A DNA stretch of 64,000 nucleotides from the NCBI GenBank assembly GCA_965221695.1, contig OZ244905.1, positions 960,001-1,024,000 of the forward strand, written 5' to 3'. Below the pieces are notes generated by a model, which did not search any database, had not been told where the DNA came from, and was given only the letters and a program-made list of their open reading frames with translations. The translations under genes and the position numbers were made by a program. This document shows, piece by piece, positions 53,683 to 64,000 of the stretch. Position 1 is the first letter of the stretch. The number at the start of each line of letters is the position of its first letter. This stretch comes from Gammaproteobacteria bacterium. GTDB taxonomy: Bacteria; Pseudomonadota; Gammaproteobacteria; Eutrophobiales; Eutrophobiaceae.

Positions 53683-54804
53683 TCACCCTGTGTTCACTAC
53701 CTTGTTCAATGCCCGGATGAACTCGGCATTCTCGTGTTCCTGGCCGATGGTCACCCGCAAATGGTTGGGCAAGCCATATTCGATTATCGGCCTGACTACC
53801 ACGCCTTCCCGCAGCAGCGCCTGGTAGACGGCATCGGCAGGCTCTCCCAGGTCGAAGCTGACGAAATTGGCGATCGAATCGAACCATCCCAGTCCCAGGT
53901 CGGCAAACGCCGTGGTCAAGGCCAGCATACCCTGGTCGTTGATGGCCACGCAGCGGCGCAAATGTTCCTGGTCCTTCAATGCCAGCTCCGCGGCAAGTAA
54001 AGCCAGTGTATTGACATTAAACGGCTGGCGCACCCGGTTCATCAAGTCGGCCAGACCCGGGTCGCAGACCGCATAGCCGACGCGTAACCCGGCCAGGCCG
54101 TAAGCCTTGGAAAAAGTCCGCGTGGTAACCAGGTTGGGAAAATCCGCTTGCAGCGCGATCGAATTCGGGTAGCCCGCGCCCAGGGACTCCGCATATTCAT
54201 AATAGGCTTCATCAACGACTACGATCACATCCTCCGGCACGGATGCCAGAAACGCGCGTAACTGGTCCCCATCAATCCAGGAGCCGGTTGGATTGCCCGG
54301 ATTGTCGAGGAAGATCAGGCGGGTGCGCCCGCTAATGGCATCCAGCATTGCCGCCAGATCATGCTTATGGTCACGCGTGGGGATAACGACCGGCGTCGCG
54401 CCGATTGAATGGGTTGCAAGGTGGTAGACGATGAATGCGTTTTCGGAATAGATCACCTCGTGGTCGCCGGTGACGATACTGCGGGCAGCCAGTTCCAGCA
54501 CATCGTTCGAGCCGTTGCCCAGTGTTATCCGCTCGGGGTCGATACCGTGAAAGTCTGCCAGGGCGCGCTTCAACGAGGCGCCGGAACCATCCGGATAACG
54601 GCAAAAACTGTCATTCGTCAGGGAGCCGCTCGCCAGGGCTTCCAGGACTTTACTGCTGGGGCCAACGGAGTTTTCATTGGATGCGAGCTTGATGGCTCGT
54701 TCAAGGCCAAGCTCGCGGCAGACTTCGTCGGCGGATTTGCCCGGCTTGTAGGTCGGCAGGGAGGCAATGCCGGGCGTTGCCAGTTTGCTAAAATCGATGC
54801 TCAT
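53683..54804 (-). CDS. hisC: Histidinol-phosphate/aromatic aminotransferase
   Basis: KLASNEN, NPGNPTG, DEAYYE, RTFSKAYGLAGLRVG. Confidence 0.95.
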   Translation of the reverse strand: MSIDFSKLATPGIASLPTYKPGKSADEVCRELGLERAIKLASNENSVGPSSKVLEALASGSLTNDSFCRYPDGSGASLKRALADFHGIDPERITLGNGSNDVLELAARSIVTGDHEVIYSENAFIVYHLATHSIGATPVVIPTRDHKHDLAAMLDAISGRTRLIFLDNPGNPTGSWIDGDQLRAFLASVPEDVIVVVDEAYYEYAESLGAGYPNSIALQADFPNLVTTRTFSKAYGLAGLRVGYAVCDPGLADLMNRVRQPFNVNTLALLAAELALKDQEHLRRCVAINDQGMLALTTAFADLGLGWFDSIANFVSFDLGEPADAVYQALLREGVVVRPIIEYGLPNHLRVTIGQEHENAEFIRALNKVVNTG

Positions 54805-54814
54805 AGTTCAGCTT

Positions 54815-55930
54815 TCAACTCTCTGTTATTGAATCAGGAACCCGCTGCGCTTCGGGATACGAACCCAGCAATTTCATCATCGCGGCCTTGTCCCGCAATT
54901 CGGCCAGCGCCCGGGCCACGCTCTCATCATTTGCGTGGCCGAGGATATCCACAAAAAACACGTATTCCCAGATGCCTTGCGGTGACGGCCGCGATTCTAT
55001 CCGGGTCATATTCACACCGTGCTCGGCAAAACAGGCAAGCATGCTCACCAGGGAACCGGGTTTGCTCGGCATTGCAAACAGCAGGGAAGTCTTATCCCTG
55101 CCGCTGGGAGGCAGAACCTCTTTGCCCAGCGCCAGGAAACGGGTGGTGTTGTCGGGGTTATCCTCGATATTTTTCCTCAGAACCGGCAAGCCATGCAGCT
55201 CTCCGGCGCGCGCGCCGGCAATGGCTGCGCTGCGCGCATCGTTACTGGCCTGCAAGGCAGCCTCCGCATTGCTGGCTACCGGCGCCCGCCGGGCGTTGGC
55301 CATGTGGGTATCCAGCCAGCGGCGGCACTGGGCCAGCGACTGCTCATGGGAATACACGGTCTGGATGGCTTGCGGATCTTCCGCATGGCTCAGCAACTGC
55401 TGGTGGATGCGCAACTCCACCTCGCCACAGAGTTTCAGGTCGGAAACCAGGAGCATGTCCAGGGTATGGTTCACCGCGCCTTCTATCGAGTTCTCCACCG
55501 GGACCACACCGTAATCGCATGAATCTGCCATCACCTCCCGAAACACCTGGTCAATACTCGCCAACAGCGACAAGCGGACCGATTTCCCGAAATGTTTCAG
55601 CGCCGCCAGCTCCGTAAAAGTGCCTTCAGGCCCGAGACAGGCAATATTCAGCGGCGCTTCCAGGGCCAGGCAGGCAGACATAACCTCCCGCACCAACCGG
55701 ATTATCTCCGCGTCCGGCAACGGACCCTTGTTAAGCGCTTTCACGCTGTTCAGCACCCTGGCTTCACGCTCAGGCCGGTACAGGCTGTTCCCGTTGTTCT
55801 GCTGCTTTACCTGCGCGATTTCCAATGCCCGGCGGGCGCGCTGGTTCAGCAACTCGACCAGCCGCTCATCCAGCGCGTCGATCTCACTCCTGAGCGCTTT
55901 TAAACGGGCTTCCAGGTTAGAATTGTTCAT
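54815..55930 (-). CDS. pheA: Chorismate mutase/prephenate dehydratase
   Basis: LRSEIDALD, LGPEGTF, PVENSIEG, NTTRF, IESRPS. Confidence 0.97.
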   Translation of the reverse strand: MNNSNLEARLKALRSEIDALDERLVELLNQRARRALEIAQVKQQNNGNSLYRPEREARVLNSVKALNKGPLPDAEIIRLVREVMSACLALEAPLNIACLGPEGTFTELAALKHFGKSVRLSLLASIDQVFREVMADSCDYGVVPVENSIEGAVNHTLDMLLVSDLKLCGEVELRIHQQLLSHAEDPQAIQTVYSHEQSLAQCRRWLDTHMANARRAPVASNAEAALQASNDARSAAIAGARAGELHGLPVLRKNIEDNPDNTTRFLALGKEVLPPSGRDKTSLLFAMPSKPGSLVSMLACFAEHGVNMTRIESRPSPQGIWEYVFFVDILGHANDESVARALAELRDKAAMMKLLGSYPEAQRVPDSITES

Positions 55931-55951
55931 CGTTTATTTCCGGCCTGAAAA

Positions 55952-57052
55952 TCAACCGTGGCGGGCGGCAAAATGCGCCATAAATTCTATCAGCGCATCC
56001 ACCCCGGCTTCAGGCATTCCATTGTACATGCTGGCGCGCATGCCGCCTACGCTGCGATGGCCTTTTAATTCGACCAGGCCATTGTCCGCGGCCGCATCAA
56101 GAAATACGCGGTCAAGGCTCCCGTCCGCCAGCGTGAACGGCACGTTCATCCTGGATCGATAAGGTTTATCCACGGGATTGGTGTAGAAATCATTGGCATC
56201 GATATAGTCATACAGCTTGCCGGCACGGCGCAGTGCGTTCTCGTGCATCCGCTCCACCCCGCCCTGTTCCCTGATCCAGGCAAAGGTCAATCCGGCCATG
56301 TACCAGTTGAACACAGGCGGCGTATTGAACATGGAACCATGTTCGGCCAGCACGCGTAAATCGTACAGGCACGGCACATCCGCACGCGCCCGGTGCAACA
56401 GGTCCTCGCGCACCAGCACGATGGTCAGCCCGGCCGGCGCGAAGTTCTTCTGGGCGCCGGCGAAAATCAGGCCGTAACGATCCACCTGTATCGGTCGCGA
56501 CAAAAAATTGGAGGTCATATCACAGACCAATGGGGTATCGGCATGGGAATCCGGCAGCGCCGGCGCTGCTTCAAACTCCACCCCGGCGATGGTTTCATTG
56601 TCGCAGAAATAAAGGTAGGCGGGGTTCTCACTGAGGCGCCAGCCGTCCGCGTCGGGAATGGTGGTGTGGTTGACCTCAGCAGACGAGGCGGCAATATTCA
56701 AGCGGGCGAACCGGCCGGCCTCGGTGGCCGCCCGTTTTGACCAGTTGCCGGTGATCACGTAGTCAACGCAATCCGTCTTCTCGCTCAGGTTCAGCGGCGC
56801 AATGCTCATCACATGGGTGGCGCCGCCTTGCACAAACAGTATCCGGTAATGTTCCGGTATGCCGAGCAGCGCCGATAAATCCCGGACCGACTGCTCCGCT
56901 ATCTCCGTGAAGGCCCGGCTCCGGTGGCTGATTTCCGCGATGGAGACCCCCAGGCCGCGCCAATCCAGAAATTCCTGTTGTGCCTGCCGCATCACTGTCT
57001 GCGGCAGCATGGCCGGGCCGGGGCTGAAATTATAGGTCGGCGCCGCCGCCAT
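55952..57052 (-). CDS. serC: Phosphoserine aminotransferase
   Basis: [37 protein letters not shown]. Confidence 0.98.
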   Translation of the reverse strand: MAAAPTYNFSPGPAMLPQTVMRQAQQEFLDWRGLGVSIAEISHRSRAFTEIAEQSVRDLSALLGIPEHYRILFVQGGATHVMSIAPLNLSEKTDCVDYVITGNWSKRAATEAGRFARLNIAASSAEVNHTTIPDADGWRLSENPAYLYFCDNETIAGVEFEAAPALPDSHADTPLVCDMTSNFLSRPIQVDRYGLIFAGAQKNFAPAGLTIVLVREDLLHRARADVPCLYDLRVLAEHGSMFNTPPVFNWYMAGLTFAWIREQGGVERMHENALRRAGKLYDYIDANDFYTNPVDKPYRSRMNVPFTLADGSLDRVFLDAAADNGLVELKGHRSVGGMRASMYNGMPEAGVDALIEFMAHFAARHG

Positions 57053-59633
57053 CTTCAGCGCCATCCGCAGCATCATCGACTCCATTGGTATTGACATCCC
57101 CGTAGTCGATGATCCGTTCCAGTCCCGCAAGTCTTTCGCCTTCATTGAGATTGACCAACGTGACCCCCATGGTATTGCGCCCGACAACCGAGACATCGCT
57201 GACCCGCATTCGGATCAAGGTGCCCTGGTCGCTGATCAGCATGATTTCATCGTCTTCATCAACCACCTGCGCGCCAACCACTCGCCCGTTGCGTTCATTG
57301 GTCTGGATCGATATCACGCCCTGACCGCCCCGGGACTTCAGCGGGTAATCGTCAAGGCGGGAGCGTTTGCCATAACCGTTTTCGGTGGCAGTCAGTATGG
57401 CCTTGTTTTCCCGAACGATGATCAGGGAGATCACCTTGTCGTCCGGCCCCATACGAATGCCTATTACCCCTCTTGCCGTTCTCCCCATCGGGCGCACATC
57501 CGCTTCCCGGAAGCGCACCACCTTGCCGGCATCGCTGAACAGCATTACCTCGTGCTCGCCGTCGGTCAGTTCAACATTGACCAGGCGGTTGCCCTCAACA
57601 AGTTCTATCGCCCTGATGCCGCTTGGCCGGGCGCGGGAAAAATTCATCAGCGAAGTCTTCTTCACGGTGCCGTTCAGGGTGGCCATGAACACGTACAAAT
57701 CGTCCCTGAACTCCCGAATCGGCAATACCGCGTTAATGCGCTCGCCCTCGCTCAGCGGCAACAGGTTAACGATGGGTTTGCCCTTGGCCGCGCGGCTGGC
57801 CTGGGGCAGTTCATAGACCTTGAGCCAGTACAACCTGCCCAGGCTGGAGAAGCACAGCAAGGTATCGTGAGTACTGGCAATAAACAGTTTATCAACGAAA
57901 TCTTCGTCCTTGACGGCCGTGGCTGACTTGCCCCGGCCGCCGCGGCGTTGCAACCGGTAAGCATCCAAAGGCTGCGTCTTTGCATAGCCGGCGTGGGACA
58001 GCGTGACCACCATATCCTGCTCGGTAATCAGGTCTTCAATGGTCAGGTCTTTTTGATCTTCGATGATCTGCGTGCGCCGCGCATCACCGTAACGTTCCCG
58101 GATCTCTTCCAGTTCGGTCCTGATCACATCCATCAGCCGTTGCGGGCGCGCCAGGATATCGAGCAGGTCGCCAATCCTGTCCAATATTTCCTCGTATTCG
58201 CTGATTATCTTATCCTGCTCCAGCCCGGTCAGCTTCTGCAAGCGCAGGTCCAGTATGGCCTGGGCCTGCGCGTCGGACAGGCGATAACCGTCGGACCTCA
58301 GGCCCAGTTCCTGCGGCAGGTCATCCGGCCGGGACATATCAGCGCCCACCCGTTGCAACAGCGCGGTGACCACCCCCGGTTCCCAGGGCGACGCCAGCAA
58401 CCCGCGTTTTGCTTCTGCCGGGGTGGCGGAACCCTTGATGAGTTCTATCATCGGGTCGATATTTGCCAGCGCCGCAGCCAAACCTTCGAGAATATGGGCG
58501 CGTGCCCTGGCTTTACGCAACTCGTACAAGGTGCGCCGGACCACCACCTCACGCCGATGCCGGATGAACGCATCCAGTATTTCCTTCAGCGTCATCAGGC
58601 GCGGGCGGCCATCATCGAGCGCCACTAGATTGATGCCGAAAACACTCTGCAACGCGGTGAACTGGTACAGGTTATTCAGGATCACCTCCGGCACCTCGCC
58701 GCGGCGCAACTCGATGACCAGGCGCATGCCGTCCTTGTCGGATTCATCGCGCAGCTCGCGAATGCCGGTGAGTTTCTTTTCCTTCACCAACTCCGCAATC
58801 TTTTCCTGCAACCGGGCCTTGTTCACCTGGTAGGGCAGTTCGGTGACGATAATCGCGTGCTGCCCGTTTTTTTCGTCTGTTTCGATGTGTGAACGGGCGC
58901 GCATATAGATGCGCCCGCGACCGGTGCGGTAGGCCTCGTGGATTCCCCGGGAACCGTTGATGATGCCGGCGGTCGGGAAATCCGGTCCCGGTATGTGTTC
59001 GATCAATTCATCTATGCTGAGGTTCTCATTCTCCAGCAGGGCAATACAGGCATTGATGACCTCGGTCAGGTTATGCGGCGGGATATTCGTTGCCATGCCG
59101 ACCGCAATGCCGCTGGAGCCGTTGACCAGCAGGTTGGGCAGGCGCGTGGGCAACACCACGGGTTCATGTTCCGTACCGTCATAATTGGGTGCAAAATCGA
59201 CGGTTTCCTTGTCGATGTCTTCCAGCAGTTCATGGGCGATCCGGGACATGCGCACTTCGGTATAGCGCATCGCCGCCGGCGCATCGCCGTCCACCGAACC
59301 GAAATTGCCCTGCCCGTCCACCAGCACATAGCGCAGCGAAAAATGCTGAGCCATCCGTACTATGGTGTCGTAGACAGCAGAATCTCCGTGAGGATGGTAT
59401 TTACCGATGACATCGCCGACGACACGGGCGGATTTCTTGTAGGGCTTGTTGTAGTCATTGCCCATCTCGTTCATTGCGAACAGGACACGCCGATGCACCG
59501 GTTTCAGCCCATCGCGCACGTCCGGCAGCGCCCTGCCGACGATGACGCTCATAGCGTAATCCATGTAGGATTGACGCATCTCGTCTTCAATGTTCACCGG
59601 CATTATCGACCGGGCGATTTCTTCAGGCATCAC
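57030..59633 (-). CDS. gyrA: DNA gyrase subunit A
   Basis: [27 protein letters not shown], GyrA box QRRGGRG. Confidence 0.99.
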   Translation of the reverse strand: MMPEEIARSIMPVNIEDEMRQSYMDYAMSVIVGRALPDVRDGLKPVHRRVLFAMNEMGNDYNKPYKKSARVVGDVIGKYHPHGDSAVYDTIVRMAQHFSLRYVLVDGQGNFGSVDGDAPAAMRYTEVRMSRIAHELLEDIDKETVDFAPNYDGTEHEPVVLPTRLPNLLVNGSSGIAVGMATNIPPHNLTEVINACIALLENENLSIDELIEHIPGPDFPTAGIINGSRGIHEAYRTGRGRIYMRARSHIETDEKNGQHAIIVTELPYQVNKARLQEKIAELVKEKKLTGIRELRDESDKDGMRLVIELRRGEVPEVILNNLYQFTALQSVFGINLVALDDGRPRLMTLKEILDAFIRHRREVVVRRTLYELRKARARAHILEGLAAALANIDPMIELIKGSATPAEAKRGLLASPWEPGVVTALLQRVGADMSRPDDLPQELGLRSDGYRLSDAQAQAILDLRLQKLTGLEQDKIISEYEEILDRIGDLLDILARPQRLMDVIRTELEEIRERYGDARRTQIIEDQKDLTIEDLITEQDMVVTLSHAGYAKTQPLDAYRLQRRGGRGKSATAVKDEDFVDKLFIASTHDTLLCFSSLGRLYWLKVYELPQASRAAKGKPIVNLLPLSEGERINAVLPIREFRDDLYVFMATLNGTVKKTSLMNFSRARPSGIRAIELVEGNRLVNVELTDGEHEVMLFSDAGKVVRFREADVRPMGRTARGVIGIRMGPDDKVISLIIVRENKAILTATENGYGKRSRLDDYPLKSRGGQGVISIQTNERNGRVVGAQVVDEDDEIMLISDQGTLIRMRVSDVSVVGRNTMGVTLVNLNEGERLAGLERIIDYGDVNTNGVDDAADGAEDGGGADL

Positions 59634-59708
59634 TCTCTCTGATCCGGCAGATAAACAGGATTGTTTGCTGCCCGTAGCCGGTATCCACCGGCCACGTTAA
59701 AAGCGGAA

Positions 59709-59717
59709 ATTTTACCA
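59709..59717 (-). promoter_or_regulatory. Candidate extended -10 promoter of gyrA
   Basis: TGGTAAAAT about 75 bp upstream of gyrA. Confidence 0.5.
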
Positions 59718-59749
59718 CAATCCCACGGCTTACGATAGCCTTTTACCCA

Positions 59750-59786
59750 CCTGGGAGTGCGGGCGTCTCGCCCCCGGGAGCGCGGG
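59750..59786 (+). repeat. REP-like palindrome plus a truncated tandem copy
   Basis: CCTGGGAGTGCGGGCGTCTCGCCC-CCGGGAGCGCGGG. Confidence 0.7.
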
Positions 59787-59797
59787 AGAAATACAGG

Positions 59798-60415
59798 TTA
59801 ATGCAACGGCCAGAGGTTGACGATATTGCAGAACAGTTCGGCGGTGCGTTCGGCATCGTACAGGGCCGAATGCGCTTCTTCCTCCTCCCAGTCCAGCCCG
59901 GCGGCCTGTACTGCCCTGGACAGTACGGTCTGACCGTAGGCCAGGCCGCCGAGGGTGGCCGTATCAAAGGTGCTGAAAGGATGGAAGGGGTTGCGCGACA
60001 GGCCGGACCGGTTGGCCGCGGCGTTGATGAAGCTCAGGTCGAAAGCCGGGTTGTGCCCCACCAGGATGGCGCGGCTGCAACCATATTCCCTGATCATTCT
60101 CTTGGTGGCCTGAAAGACATCGCGTAACGCCTGTTTCTCGGGCACGGCAATCTCCTTGCGGAAAGGATGATCCGGATCGATGCCGGTAAACTCCAGCGCC
60201 GCCTTGTCCAGGTTGGCGCCGGGAAACGGCTGGATATGCTTGGATACGCTCTCCAGTGTGCTCCAGACACCATCGGTATCGACCTGCAGGAACACCACCG
60301 CCAGCTCCAGCAACGCATCCTGAGCCGGATTGAAACCCGCTGTTTCCACATCCACGACCACGGGATAATATCCCCTGAAGCGGCCGGCAACCAGGTTCTT
60401 CCTGTCAATATTCAT
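59798..60415 (-). CDS. rnt: Ribonuclease T
   Basis: RFRGYYPVVVDVETAGF, RNPFHPFSTFDTA, AHSALYD. Confidence 0.97.
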   Translation of the reverse strand: MNIDRKNLVAGRFRGYYPVVVDVETAGFNPAQDALLELAVVFLQVDTDGVWSTLESVSKHIQPFPGANLDKAALEFTGIDPDHPFRKEIAVPEKQALRDVFQATKRMIREYGCSRAILVGHNPAFDLSFINAAANRSGLSRNPFHPFSTFDTATLGGLAYGQTVLSRAVQAAGLDWEEEEAHSALYDAERTAELFCNIVNLWPLH

Positions 60416-61445
60416 CCACGAGCGTCCATTGGCATAACTCACCGGCGCGGAACGGGACCAGCGGCTCACCGGCAAAGTCGATTACGGCCGGAACACGCCA
60501 TTGTTCCCGGCGCAAGCGGATCGTCTGTGTATTCAAGGGTAACCTGTAAAACCGCGCGCCGTTCCTGCTGGCAAAGCGCTCCAGGTTATCCAGGCTGTTC
60601 ATCGCGTCGAAAACGGTTGCGTACCACTCGAGCGCGCCGGCGGCGTTGTAGATGCCGGCGCAGCAAGGGGGTTGTTCTTTTGCCCGCGCCCGATGGGGCG
60701 CGCTGTCGGTGCCGAGGAAAAACTTCGGATTGCCGCTAATCGCCGCCGCAACCAGTGCCTGCCGGTGCCGCTCCCGTTTCAAAACAGGCAAGCAGTAATG
60801 ATGCGGGTTGATCCCGCCCGACAGCATCGCATTGCGGTTCAGCGCCAGGTGGTGGGGGGTAATCGTCGCGGCAACCCGATTCGGGGCGCCGCGGACAAAC
60901 TGCGCGGCATCGGAAGTGGTAATATGTTCAAGCACAACACGCAGCGTGTCGATGTTCTCAACCAGCGGCGATAATATCCGATCGATAAACACCTTTTCCC
61001 GGTCGAACACGTCCACATCGGCATCCGTCACCTCACCGTGCACCAGCAGCGGCACATCCTTTTGCGCGATATATTCCAGTATCGGCATGACTTTCCCGAT
61101 ATCGGTCACGCCCGAAGCGGAATTGGTGGTTGCCCCCGCCGGATAATATTTGAACGCGTACACATGTTCGGCTTCCGCAACCCGATCCACCTCATCCCTG
61201 GAGGTATTATCGGTCAGGTACAGGGTCATCAGCGGATTGAAGTCCGTATCATCTGCCAGGCAGTCAAGGATCCTGCGCCGATATGCCAGCGCCTGCCGCA
61301 CGGACACCACCGGCGGCGACAGGTTCGGCATGATAATTGCCCGCACAAAGCGCCGGGCGCTGTCAGCGGCAACACTGGCCAGTTCCTCACCGTCGCGCAG
61401 GTGCAGGTGGAAGTCATCCGGTTTTATCAGGGTAATCGTATCCAA
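60405..61445 (-). CDS. pyrC: Dihydroorotase (homodimeric type)
   Basis: PDDFHLHLRDG, MPNL, KYYPAGATTNS, GTDSAPH. Confidence 0.97.
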   Translation of the reverse strand: MDTITLIKPDDFHLHLRDGEELASVAADSARRFVRAIIMPNLSPPVVSVRQALAYRRRILDCLADDTDFNPLMTLYLTDNTSRDEVDRVAEAEHVYAFKYYPAGATTNSASGVTDIGKVMPILEYIAQKDVPLLVHGEVTDADVDVFDREKVFIDRILSPLVENIDTLRVVLEHITTSDAAQFVRGAPNRVAATITPHHLALNRNAMLSGGINPHHYCLPVLKRERHRQALVAAAISGNPKFFLGTDSAPHRARAKEQPPCCAGIYNAAGALEWYATVFDAMNSLDNLERFASRNGARFYRLPLNTQTIRLRREQWRVPAVIDFAGEPLVPFRAGELCQWTLVDEY

Positions 61446-61595
61446 GAACAGGCCCCACAGGTCAGTTATTAATTTAACACACAGTTAGTATCAACTAAAC
61501 CCTGGACACCCGCCAATCGCCACAATACCACTCCCGCTAACCCCGCCACCAAAAATATCCGTAGGAGCATAAAAACTGGTATATGATTCGGATAC

Positions 61596-64000
<2,405 letters not shown>

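Overview
A mostly housekeeping chromosomal segment of a gammaproteobacterium with Pseudomonadales/Chromatiales-like gene order (inferred from synteny only). It carries the rpsB-tsf-pyrH-frr-uppS-cdsA-dxr-rseP-bamA-skp-lpxD cluster, map-glnD-mutH-dusA-FKBP-TPR-prc-cytochromes, murJ-ribF-ileS-lspA-ispH, rplU-rpmA-obgE-proB, ispB, tRNA-Pro(CGG) followed by a vapBC pair, glyA-nrdR-ribD-nusB-thiL, mfd, the gyrA-serC-pheA-hisC-tyrA-aroA-cmk-rpsA-ihfB-lapA supraoperon, pyrC-rnt, an aldo-keto reductase and the 5' part of purB. The outstanding observation is that ribosomal protein S2 carries, in frame inside its charged C-terminal tail, a complete alkyltransferase-like (ATL/YbaZ, PWHR motif) domain, a candidate ribosome-tethered alkylation-damage sensor. 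Also notable: about 8 copies of a small element with IS5-like ends, one of them where ribE-ribBA-ribH normally lie; several other palindromic repeat families; a DUF1640/CCDC90-like membrane-anchored coiled coil with a 13 x 21-bp tandem repeat; and a perfect 18-bp inverted repeat inside a CDS. No CRISPR array, rRNA, integrase or transposase was seen. All family calls come from motif recognition by eye, not database searches.
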